Source of the DNA: a bacterium
GTDB taxonomy: Bacteria; Hinthialibacterota; Hinthialibacteria; Hinthialibacterales; Hinthialibacteraceae
Length of the DNA: 34,245 bases
Assembly: GCA_963663405.2 (NCBI GenBank)
Contig: CAXXSM010000010.1
Span: forward strand, 1-34,245
Direction of reading: 5' to 3'
In this document: positions 1-8,292 of the stretch, in pieces
How the letters are laid out: each line of letters opens with the position of its first letter
Position numbering within the stretch: the stretch's first letter is position 1
Program-made: the position numbers and the translations under genes
Notes under the pieces: model-generated
What the model saw: only the letters and a program-made list of their open reading frames with translations
What the model was told of the DNA's origin: nothing
Database searches by the model: none

Positions 1-171
1 AATATGGCTCTTAACGCATTAGAATCTTGGAATCTAGAAAGCCGTGATGAAGAGATCGTATCCTCTCTCAAACAAGCTCTTTCGATAGAACCAGACACTG
101 ATTTGAAAGAGAGAATTCAAATGGTGATCGATGGAAAAATGTGGGATAATGATGTAGGCGTTAGGGAATAG
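1..171 (+). CDS. 3' end of a gene truncated by the window edge; helical, HEAT-repeat-like C-terminus
   Basis: Frame 1 is open from base 1 to TAG at 169-171: NMALNALESWNLESRDEEIVSSLKQALSIEPDTDLKERIQMVIDGKMWDNDVGVRE*. Confidence 0.55.
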   Translation, partial: NMALNALESWNLESRDEEIVSSLKQALSIEPDTDLKERIQMVIDGKMWDNDVGVRE

Positions 172-275
172 CGAATTACTTCAATGTTACGGACATACAT
201 AATCGGCTGATGTATAGTATCACTCAGCTGAGTTTCAAATCTTATTAAACATTTATAAAAAACAGGAGGAACAAC

Positions 276-962
276 ATGAAGAGAATTCTTGGGACAATCG
301 CGTTAGTTATGTTGTGCGGAATGGTCTGTGTGGCCCAGGAGGAGATCGGGATCTTCGATGGGCAGGCGAGTGTCGGTGATGACGCGTTGGCGGGTGAAGC
401 GTCATATGACAGTGGCACTGGCGTGTACGAAATTTGGGGCAGCGGTAATGATATTTGGGGTCCCCCCGATGGATTTTATTGGGTGTATGTGGAAATCACT
501 GGGGATTTCACCACTACAGCCACGGTCGAGTGGGAGACGGATCCGTTCGAGGGGGATACTTGGAAGAAGGCGGGGATAATCGCGCGCGATACATCGGATC
601 CTTTCGATGAAGGTTGTCAATACGCCTGCGCTGCGATTATTAAAGAGAATTTAAATAATTTTTTCACCCGTACTTCTGTAGAAGAATCGGAAGATGACAT
701 ATATTATGATGGAGAAGAAGATCTCACCATTTACACCTTTGAACTCCAACTGAAGCGGGAGGGCACAACGTTTTATATGTCCAGAGGTTTGGTGGATGGT
801 GGATTCGCGGAAATCAGTTCATTTTCTTTCCCTGAGTTTTCGGACACGATTTTAGTTGGGCTTTGTGTCACCTCTCACGATACCAGCACATTAGAGATTG
901 CCCACTTCAGCAATGTGAGTATTGATCAGACCACGGCTGTTGGTGATTTTTGTTTGTATTAA
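276..962 (+). CDS. Secreted acidic protein with a ConA-like/DUF1349-like beta-sandwich domain; ends in VGDFCLY
   Basis: RBS AGGAGG; Sec signal peptide (CVA-Q); GSGNDIWG..DGF.WVY..ITGDF, W.KAGIIAR and VGLCVTSH motifs typical of this lectin-like domain. Confidence 0.75.
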   Translation: MKRILGTIALVMLCGMVCVAQEEIGIFDGQASVGDDALAGEASYDSGTGVYEIWGSGNDIWGPPDGFYWVYVEITGDFTTTATVEWETDPFEGDTWKKAGIIARDTSDPFDEGCQYACAAIIKENLNNFFTRTSVEESEDDIYYDGEEDLTIYTFELQLKREGTTFYMSRGLVDGGFAEISSFSFPEFSDTILVGLCVTSHDTSTLEIAHFSNVSIDQTTAVGDFCLY

Positions 963-1009
963 TTGCAGGGATTTAACAAGCGCATCAATCTTATTCCACA
1001 ATCCATTTG

Positions 1010-1044
1010 CGTTGCCGCTTCGCGAGGAGAGCGAAGCGGCAACG
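1010..1044. terminator. Perfect 14-bp hairpin between convergent genes (terminator or REP-like)
   Basis: CGTTGCCGCTTCGC-gaggaga-GCGAAGCGGCAACG between stop codons at 962 (+) and 1066 (-); no clean U-tract. Confidence 0.55.
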
Positions 1045-1065
1045 TCTGGTTTATAGAATATCAAA

Positions 1066-2082
1066 TTATAGTTTGTGATCGGAGGGTTTTACGCCGGTTT
1101 TGAATTTGCCGAATCCGATGGGATTTGGATCGTAGGCGCCGACGAAATCCACTTTGGCTTTGGCGGGGATTTGATCGCCCATGCCGAGATTCCAATAACA
1201 GGCGTTGATCAGTAGACGGCGGAATCCTTCACTCTTCAAATCGCCCCCATGCCCCATTGTCGTTGTGAATATTTTTGACGTTTTACCTTCACAACCCGTA
1301 TAGGTTTTGAGCCAAGCGACTGGGACTAGTTTTTTGTCCGGATTGGGTGTGTCATCGGGATTCATGCCTTTTAGCACTTGGCCCATGATTACGGGTTTGC
1401 TGTCACCGGTCAGGGTCGTGATCCCGTAGACGTCGGACGGTCCCCAGATGTCTTCGCAGCCTCTCACGATGGGATGATCTTCCATGCCTTTCGCGATGAG
1501 TCCTCTTGTGCTCTCAACTTGGTGTTTTCCGTAATGGTTGATCCAAGTTTCACCCAGGACTTGGCGGCCATAGCCTCCGTCTAATTCTTTGCTGTTATAA
1601 CTATACTTCGCGTAGGGGCCGTTTTTGTGTTTGTTGAACAGGAACGCGTGTGTCGCCGTGCGAAGGGCTACGATCGGTTTTCCGGAATTGGTGTAATCGA
1701 TGATCTGTTTCATCTGCTCATCAGGCAGATCGCGGAACCGGGTGAAGAGGACCATTAGATCCGCTGTTTGGAGGGCTTCGAGTCCAGGAATATTATCCGA
1801 TTGGTTGGGATTGATGGTTCCGTCTTTCGGATCGATCGCAAAGAGAACCGTGCATTTGAATCCATGATGGACGGCGAGGATTTTCGCCAGTTGTGGCATG
1901 GATTCTTCTGAGCGGTATTCTTCATCACCCGTGACGAAGACAATATGTTTCCCCTGACCCGGCCCTTCTTTTCCTTCATAAACCACCCAAAGATCGCTGG
2001 TTGTTTCTGCGCTGTGGGCCAAACCAACCGACGCCGCGAAAATGAATCCACAGAAAAGTATTTTACCAAATTGAATGTTCAT
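1066..2082 (-). CDS. ThuA-like (trehalose utilisation, class I GATase-like fold) secreted protein
   Basis: Signal peptide (AHS-A); HIVFVTGDEEYRSEESMP, ADLMVLFTRFR, GKPIVALRTATHAF, FTTTMGH and RRLLINACYW motifs. Confidence 0.85.
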   Translation of the reverse strand: MNIQFGKILFCGFIFAASVGLAHSAETTSDLWVVYEGKEGPGQGKHIVFVTGDEEYRSEESMPQLAKILAVHHGFKCTVLFAIDPKDGTINPNQSDNIPGLEALQTADLMVLFTRFRDLPDEQMKQIIDYTNSGKPIVALRTATHAFLFNKHKNGPYAKYSYNSKELDGGYGRQVLGETWINHYGKHQVESTRGLIAKGMEDHPIVRGCEDIWGPSDVYGITTLTGDSKPVIMGQVLKGMNPDDTPNPDKKLVPVAWLKTYTGCEGKTSKIFTTTMGHGGDLKSEGFRRLLINACYWNLGMGDQIPAKAKVDFVGAYDPNPIGFGKFKTGVKPSDHKL

Positions 2083-2285
2083 GGTTTTCTCTATCCTTTT
2101 TTTATGATATTTTGTGGGGTTTGATTATAGCACGGATCGCTCTTGGGCTAGAAGTGATTCCTATCGTTGTGGCGCGCGTTGTTTTGCAGGATTCTTTTTA
2201 CCGTTGTAATAGACAAATCCATCCCAGCAAATTAGAATGGTGAAATTATTTAAGATTACAAAGTCTTTTAAGGAATGAAAGGGAT

Positions 2286-2460
2286 TTATCCGGTAAGTGA
2301 GTACTTTTTGTCAACGATCTCTACTGATGGTGAACACTGAGAATCAGAGGGATACCAATTATTGCTCTATTATATGTGGTTTGGAATAAGGCAAAGGCAG
2401 ATGAAAAACCTTGCCTTTGCTACCCTCTCTAAAATTTTGTAGCGTACTCTTACCGGATGA
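2286..2460. mobile_element. MITE-like non-autonomous element, copy 1 (~175 bp)
   Basis: Left end TTATCCGGTAAGTGAGTAC (2286-2304) and right end GTACTCTTACCGGATGA (2444-2460) are imperfect inverted repeats; internal hairpin; homologous element at 12482-12663. Confidence 0.6.
2391..2425 (-). repeat. REP-like hairpin, copy 1
   Basis: GCAAAGGCA-gatgaaaaacct-TGCCTTTGC-TACCC; on the minus strand a GTAG foot leads into the palindrome. Confidence 0.7.
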
Positions 2461-2550
2461 ACCATAAGGGGCTCTGAGAGACCTATTCGAAGATTTGTCT
2501 TGCAAGAATCGAATGGAAACGCGTTGGGGAATAGGAAGGAATGTTTATTC

Positions 2551-2886
2551 ATGGAACAATCGAATCAACAGCGCCGCGCTTTTAAACGGAAGATTATTCA
2601 ATTTCCGCTGGTTTACTCTTTTAGTGATGGAGCATTAGAGGATTGTGAATGGTATGAGGCTGATACGATTGATATCGGCCCCGTGCCGGGAGGGGGGATC
2701 GCTTTTTATACTCATATGGAGAACATTGAAGCCGGCGCGAACATTCGTCTCGTTTTTTTCATGGATCTTGAAATGATGGAGCAGTGGGATCGGGAACATG
2801 TCCGTTTTCCCTTATACGAGGGAACCGTCAGCAATTTTAATAAAGATGAATATGGAAACCGGGTGGGAGTAAGTATCCAGCAGTGA
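2551..2886 (+). CDS. Single-domain PilZ-like protein (candidate c-di-GMP receptor)
   Basis: ATG 2551 after AGGAAGG; QRRAFKR (RxxxR) followed by DIGPVPGGGIAF, a variant of D/NxSxxG; C-terminal RVGVSI strand. Confidence 0.65.
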   Translation: MEQSNQQRRAFKRKIIQFPLVYSFSDGALEDCEWYEADTIDIGPVPGGGIAFYTHMENIEAGANIRLVFFMDLEMMEQWDREHVRFPLYEGTVSNFNKDEYGNRVGVSIQQ

Positions 2887-2925
2887 GAAGGAGCGTTTCA
2901 TCGTTCAATATTGCCAGTGGGAGTG

Positions 2926-3282
2926 TTAGCAGGTTACGTGGAACAGGGCGATCTTGACGCCTTTGGTTTTATTGAAGATTTTAATCGCCTCCGGTGTGGG
3001 CGCCGTTTGAATCCGCACCCCCTTTTTTTCCAAGTATGCCTTCGCCTCATGGGATAATTCCAGAATCCCATATTGACCGGTTCCAGCGATGAACGTTTCG
3101 GTTCCTTTTTCGAAATAGGCTTTGATTTCATTTACTGAAACGATATGGGATGTGCCATGCTCTTTTTTCGAGAGTTTTTTCTTTCGTTTGATCACGTCTC
3201 CTGAAGGGAGCGTTACGATATCATGATCGTATGTTGATCCATCGATTGTGATTTGTCCAAACTTGGTTGATTCAATCATCAT
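2926..3282 (-). CDS. Mth938-like domain protein
   Basis: FGQITIDG..YDHDIV, GTGQYG, TPEAI..FN and terminal FHVTC motifs; RBS GGAGG. Confidence 0.88.
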   Translation of the reverse strand: MMIESTKFGQITIDGSTYDHDIVTLPSGDVIKRKKKLSKKEHGTSHIVSVNEIKAYFEKGTETFIAGTGQYGILELSHEAKAYLEKKGVRIQTAPTPEAIKIFNKTKGVKIALFHVTC

Positions 3283-3390
3283 CCACCTCCCTTGGCTTAT
3301 ACAATCACTACTTTATATCATAATGTGAAATTGATGCAGGAATATGGCGTTTTTCTGTTTGGTGAGATACAGTCTGATGAAACAGAAAGG

Positions 3391-4647
3391 ATGGATCTAG
3401 TGCAAAAGCGGATGCGTTCGTTCTTATTGACCCAATTTATATGTGGTTTATTCCTCGCGGCTTTCACGCGTGATGGTTTGGCGGATTGGTGGAATGAAGC
3501 CTATTCATACCGTGTTCCTATCAAGGTCTATTCCGGAGGTTACGCGCGGTTTGAGAAACCGGTGGAATTGGATGTGAATTTTACTGCTTTATTTCAACAG
3601 GCGGGAGTCAAGGCGGTTTTAGATGAATCGTCGATCCGCGTTGTTGAAACGGATGAAAATGGAAATGCGCTTGACGCCGCAGTTCCCTGTCAATTCGATC
3701 GAGCCGAGGACTTTCATCCCATGACGAATGCGGCTGGGGAGGTGATTCTTCTTTTGAAGGGAACAACGGCGGAGAATCAGAAGCCGCGTTATTTTCATAT
3801 TTATTTTGGAGAATTGGGGGGCGTGTATCCTTCTCCATCAGTTTCGCCATTGGTTCGATTCGCCGGAATTGTGGAACATGAAGGGCAGGAGAGTTATAAG
3901 ATTGAAACGCCGGACGCGGTCTATTACTATCACCGCCGCGGCGCGGGATTCGCCAGCCTGGAGGACCGGGATGGGAACGATTGGTTAAGTTACAATCCAG
4001 GCGTTGGAAAAGAGAGTGGCAGCGGATCGGGTGGCAAATATCGAGGAACACCCAATATGGGACATCCGGAGGGATACTGTCATCCTGGCAATACCGTCTC
4101 GAATAGTTGGCTGGTGGAAAAAGGGCCGTTGAAAGTGAGTATTCTATCGCAATCCGACGATGGAAAGATGCAATGTCTTTGGGATATTTTTCCACAGTAT
4201 GTCCGGCAGACTGTTTTGAAGATGCGGACGCCCTATTGGTTTCTCTACGAAGGAACACCAGGGGGACGGTTGGATGAGGAATCTGATTTCTGTGTGCGGT
4301 CAGTTGGGGGGCAACTGGTCAAAACACTCGCCAGTGAGAAATGGGATGGTGATATCGCAAAGCAGGATAGGCCTGGTGAGTGGATCTATTTTGGGGATGG
4401 AGATAGGATCCTCTATTTCATACACCATGAAGACGATGACGCGGTGGATTCGTATTGGCCGATGAATCACGAGATGACCGTCTTTGGATTTGGCCGCAAG
4501 GGAATTGATAAATTTATGAATGATGCGCCTGCGCGGTTCACTTTCGGACTGCATGACGGCGCGTCATTCGACAGCGCCACGGCGATGATTAATTCCGCCT
4601 ATCAAGAAACGCCTGTTCTAGTAGGCATGGTTGAAGGCAAGTTTTAG
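3391..4647 (+). CDS. Secreted hypothetical protein (WW..Y.YR N-terminal module plus a probable beta-supersandwich domain)
   Basis: Long ORF; signal-like segment before DWWNEAYSYRVPI, reminiscent of DUF2341-like starts. Start is uncertain (3391/3400/3412). Confidence 0.65.
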   Translation: MDLVQKRMRSFLLTQFICGLFLAAFTRDGLADWWNEAYSYRVPIKVYSGGYARFEKPVELDVNFTALFQQAGVKAVLDESSIRVVETDENGNALDAAVPCQFDRAEDFHPMTNAAGEVILLLKGTTAENQKPRYFHIYFGELGGVYPSPSVSPLVRFAGIVEHEGQESYKIETPDAVYYYHRRGAGFASLEDRDGNDWLSYNPGVGKESGSGSGGKYRGTPNMGHPEGYCHPGNTVSNSWLVEKGPLKVSILSQSDDGKMQCLWDIFPQYVRQTVLKMRTPYWFLYEGTPGGRLDEESDFCVRSVGGQLVKTLASEKWDGDIAKQDRPGEWIYFGDGDRILYFIHHEDDDAVDSYWPMNHEMTVFGFGRKGIDKFMNDAPARFTFGLHDGASFDSATAMINSAYQETPVLVGMVEGKF

Positions 4648-4821
4648 AAGTTTTTTATGTAAAGTATCCTCATATCTTCATGATACATGATTGTATCGCA
4701 ATACCTCAATACGTATTCTCCGTAATTAAAAATTAGTAATATTCACAATGTCCCGATGTTATAAATGAAGATATTTTATGGATGTGGGTGTTTTGATTTT
4801 GAGCGAAAGGGAGACTCTATC

Positions 4822-6489
4822 ATGACGGCGGAAGCGAAGTATTCCAACTATCTTATTGTTTTTTTGAGTATTGTAATGAGTGTTTCTCCATCTATGTCTC
4901 TTGCAAAAACATACGATGTAGATGGGATGATTTTGGAGATGGTATCTGTTCCATCCGGAACGTTCATAATGGGAAACGCGCATGGGGATCCTGATGAGAC
5001 GCCTGTACATCCTGTCACTCTCGATAGTTTCGAGATCGGACGATTTGAAATCACGGTCAAACAATTCACCTGTTTCGTCAACGAAACGAATTACCGCACG
5101 ACTGCGGAAAGTAAAGGGGATATGGATTGGAAGAGAGAGCGCGCTGGTCATGTATCCAATAAGCCGGTGACTTGTATATCGTGGCATGACGCCAATGCTT
5201 TTTGTGTATGGTTGTCAGAAAAGACGGGTGAGTATTTCAGGCTTCCTACTGAGGCGGAATGGGAGTACGCCGCATTGGCGGACGCGTCTCATCCCCAAAC
5301 TCGATATGACCGGCTTGTGGCGGTTAACGCTCTCGACGCGCAAAGCTGGAACAAAGAGAATTCACAACGGGATGTTCATCCCGTGGGCTCCAAGTTACCT
5401 AATGCATGGGGAATCCATGACATGCCGGGTAACGTGTATGAATGGATGTTGGATGTTTATCACCCCAAACACAGGCAATTTTCTGATGGGGCTCCGAACA
5501 TGAGGGATTCCTTGCCAAAAATCGCCCGGCGCTATGTGTTGAAAGGGGGATCTTTCGGTAGTGATAAAATGGCTGGGTATCCCTCCTATCGATATCGGGC
5601 GTTTCCTGATGTCCGAAGAGAGGATTTCGGATTCCGGGTAGTCAAAGGAAAGAAATATGAACGTTCGATGGAACACACAGAGGAATACAATCCGTTTGAG
5701 TCAGACTCGATTGACGGTAATGGATTGGATATTGAGATGATTAAGGTTCCTCCCGGATCGTATTGTATGGGCTTTCCTACCTCTCCGGCGCCCGAATGGT
5801 TTCAGCCAATTCGAAAACGGGATGTGAGGATCGATTATGTGTTTTATATTGGAAAATATGAGATTACTGTCGAACAGTTTGAAATGTTTGTTAGCGATTT
5901 TGGATATGTGACGGATGCGGAAAAACAAGGATGGGCGTATGTTATGCCAGAGGGAAGAGAGTGGACACCGGCTCCGCATGTTCAATGGAAAATGCTGTCC
6001 TTCTATCAAAGACATGATCACCCTGTTTCGTGTGTGAGCTGGCATGACGCCATGGAGTTTTGTTTATGGTTGTCCAGTAAGACGGGGTATTTCGTTACAT
6101 TGCCCACTGTTTCGGAATGGGAATACGCCTGCCGGGCGGGAACGCAGGAAGATTTTGCAGGCCCAGTGTATGATCTTGGATGGCTTAAATTCAATTCTGG
6201 AAATACGACACATAAAATTGGAATGAAAGCGCCAAATCAATGGGGGATCTATGATATGCATGGGAATGTGTGGGAATGGAATTTGGATATGTGGGAGAAT
6301 GGATTTTTCAACGCGCCTGTGGATGGATCTGCATGGATGGAAAGCGATCGTTTCATCCCAGTGCAGAGTGGTGGGTCATTCATCAATCCTCCCCAATGGG
6401 CGGCGTCCTACGTTCATATCCCATCGGGGAGGTACAATTACAACCAGGGATTCAGGATCGTGATTAAGAATCCTAAGCGCTGCTTTTAA
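4822..6489 (+). CDS. Secreted protein with tandem SUMF1/FGE-sulfatase domains (non-catalytic type)
   Basis: Two repeats of PV.C.SWHDA..FC.WLS, LPT..EWEYA, N.WGI.DM.GNV.EW, GGSF and GFR motifs; signal peptide; RBS GGGAG before ATG 4822. Confidence 0.88.
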   Translation: MTAEAKYSNYLIVFLSIVMSVSPSMSLAKTYDVDGMILEMVSVPSGTFIMGNAHGDPDETPVHPVTLDSFEIGRFEITVKQFTCFVNETNYRTTAESKGDMDWKRERAGHVSNKPVTCISWHDANAFCVWLSEKTGEYFRLPTEAEWEYAALADASHPQTRYDRLVAVNALDAQSWNKENSQRDVHPVGSKLPNAWGIHDMPGNVYEWMLDVYHPKHRQFSDGAPNMRDSLPKIARRYVLKGGSFGSDKMAGYPSYRYRAFPDVRREDFGFRVVKGKKYERSMEHTEEYNPFESDSIDGNGLDIEMIKVPPGSYCMGFPTSPAPEWFQPIRKRDVRIDYVFYIGKYEITVEQFEMFVSDFGYVTDAEKQGWAYVMPEGREWTPAPHVQWKMLSFYQRHDHPVSCVSWHDAMEFCLWLSSKTGYFVTLPTVSEWEYACRAGTQEDFAGPVYDLGWLKFNSGNTTHKIGMKAPNQWGIYDMHGNVWEWNLDMWENGFFNAPVDGSAWMESDRFIPVQSGGSFINPPQWAASYVHIPSGRYNYNQGFRIVIKNPKRCF

Positions 6490-6565
6490 ACACAGAAAAA
6501 TCTTCCAAACTGGAAACGCGCCAGTTGGTTGAAGGTTGAAGTCCGTTTGGATCGATTAGACTCGC

Positions 6566-6958
6566 CTAGGATTTAAAAAGCGCTTCTACCGCGTCTAGAT
6601 CAGGGGCTTTGATTACGCAGATCGCTTCGCTGGCGCCGGGCGCTACGCTTCCGTAGATGTAATCGATATTGATTTTCTTCTTTTTTAAATCGGCGGCGAG
6701 CTTTGCCAGCACTCCTACTTCATTGGGCAGAGAGACAGCGGCGACATCATCCACAACGATCGTCGCCCCCATTTTGTTGATTGCCTGTTTTGCTTTGGGA
6801 TAGTTGCTGCATACAAAACGCACGACTCCCACATCCAATAGATTGGATACAGACAGAGCTTCGATATTCACCTTTTGGCTGGCCAGGTTTTTGGCCAGTT
6901 TCTCGAGTTCTCCAACTTTGTTTGGAAGTGTAATGGTGATTTGTTTTTTCTTTGCCAC
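6566..6958 (-). CDS. ACT domain-containing protein (two ACT repeats)
   Basis: LPNKVGEL...NIEAL and LPNEVGVL...NIDYIY repeats; RBS GGAGG, GTG start. Confidence 0.88.
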   Translation of the reverse strand: MAKKKQITITLPNKVGELEKLAKNLASQKVNIEALSVSNLLDVGVVRFVCSNYPKAKQAINKMGATIVVDDVAAVSLPNEVGVLAKLAADLKKKKINIDYIYGSVAPGASEAICVIKAPDLDAVEALFKS

Positions 6959-7290
6959 GGTTGTTACCTCCCCGAATTGATAATAATCATTCCACGTTCA
7001 ACGCCTATGAAGGCGGTAAAACCTTATGGTTCATACGATCTAAATAAGATTAACATGTAATACAAACATATGTAAAGCGTATTTTTTTAAAAAAATGTAT
7101 GATTTTTTATTTATTGCGTTTTTTTTGAAATATTATATGTAATGGAGTGAGAAGATTATTTGGAATCGTCATTGGCCGCTCGTTATTGAAAGGATTCTGT
7201 TTGCTGCGTTAAGGCTTCATTGGGAAGTTGCCGCGAGATTGATTTATTAATGACTTTACTACCGCCGGTGAGTGTGCAATGATTATTTTT

Positions 7291-7319
7291 GATAACGTTT
7301 AAATCTGATTAACGTTATC
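7291..7319. promoter_or_regulatory. Inverted repeat, candidate operator (LacI-like AACGTT cores)
   Basis: GATAACGTT-N11-AACGTTATC, 26 bp upstream of ATG 7346. Confidence 0.35.
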
Positions 7320-7345
7320 TATTGGATAATAAAGGAGTTTTAAAG

Positions 7346-8188
7346 ATGGAGCATCCAAAGATTATCGTAATGAGCATCGTCGTGTTTGGTCTTATGGCTG
7401 TTAGTACGTCCGCGCAGGAATTTGGGCCGGAAGCAAGGAATTCCTATGTCGTCAAGTTTTTGGATCCAAACGGTCCACTGCCGGAAATCGGAGGTGATTT
7501 TGATTACGGCTGGGCCGCTACGCTGAACGATGGGACCAACTGGCTCGAATTTACCGATCCGGAGAATGATCAAGATCCTGTCAATGGACCGCGCACAGAC
7601 GCTTTTCATTTTTATGCGGGCATTGTGAACGGCGATCCTCCCCGGTTGTATGTGGGAATTATTGGAACCGGTTTTACACCAGGCGTGGCGGATCCTCCTC
7701 CAACGGAGAATGATGAAGCGAGTTGGTGGGGCAGCGCGTTGTATGAGTTTTTACTGCTTCAAAATTATCAAGAAGATCCCCGGAATAAAATCGCGTTAGG
7801 GTACGATGGACATTGGTCTGATTTCCAGCGGAATCCCAGCCTTACTCCCGCGGAATTTAATTTAACCAACTTGGAAGTTGGATTCCCGGAAATCGAAAAT
7901 GGTTACGCGGTGGAATTCGCTTTTGATCTGGATGATGTCGCCTATATCGTGTTGGATGATCCCGATCCAGAGACGGGGATCACTTGGCTGCGCACGATTG
8001 TGAGCATCCAAGGAGCGGGCGCGCCTCTCGTGGTTTGGCCGGATGGAGATTTCAACGGCAATGTCACCTATATCACGCATGGATCGACTGGATGGGATCA
8101 CATGGGCTGGTGGGATGTGACGACGGAACAAGACAATCCTATACTTTGGCAGGAAGGATCACCGGTTTTGGATTGGACTCTCTATTAG
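7346..8188 (+). CDS. Secreted acidic protein, possibly CBM9/DOMON-like; ends in VLDWTLY
   Basis: RBS AAAGGAG before ATG 7346; signal peptide (TSA-Q); PEIGGDFDYGW and GYAVEFAF resemble the CBM9-like PxIDGxLxxW and GYxxExxIP motifs (weak). Confidence 0.65.
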   Translation: MEHPKIIVMSIVVFGLMAVSTSAQEFGPEARNSYVVKFLDPNGPLPEIGGDFDYGWAATLNDGTNWLEFTDPENDQDPVNGPRTDAFHFYAGIVNGDPPRLYVGIIGTGFTPGVADPPPTENDEASWWGSALYEFLLLQNYQEDPRNKIALGYDGHWSDFQRNPSLTPAEFNLTNLEVGFPEIENGYAVEFAFDLDDVAYIVLDDPDPETGITWLRTIVSIQGAGAPLVVWPDGDFNGNVTYITHGSTGWDHMGWWDVTTEQDNPILWQEGSPVLDWTLY

Positions 8189-8215
8189 AGTAAATGTAGT
8201 GTCACGTTGTTTTAA

Positions 8216-8255
8216 TCGGTTTCGGAAATCCAAATCATTGGATTTCCGGAACCGA
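8216..8255 (+). other. 18-bp intergenic stem-loop without a U-tract
   Basis: TCGGTTTCGGAAATCCAA-atca-TTGGATTTCCGGAACCGA (one U-G pair), followed by AAAAG. Confidence 0.6.
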
Positions 8256-8292
8256 AAAAGAATCTCAATCTGAACTTGCCGAGGAAGAGATT

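Noticed and set aside
222-233. 12-bp palindrome ACTCAGCTGAGT upstream of ORF 276
   Set aside because: Single occurrence; palindromes of this length are expected by chance in 34 kb.
939-959. C-terminal tail read as a BamA beta-signal
   Set aside because: The alternating hydrophobic pattern is not canonical and the proteins look soluble and acidic rather than beta-barrels.
3608-4258. 216-aa antisense ORF and other short shadow ORFs in the track
   Set aside because: They overlap better-supported genes and show no motifs or RBS.
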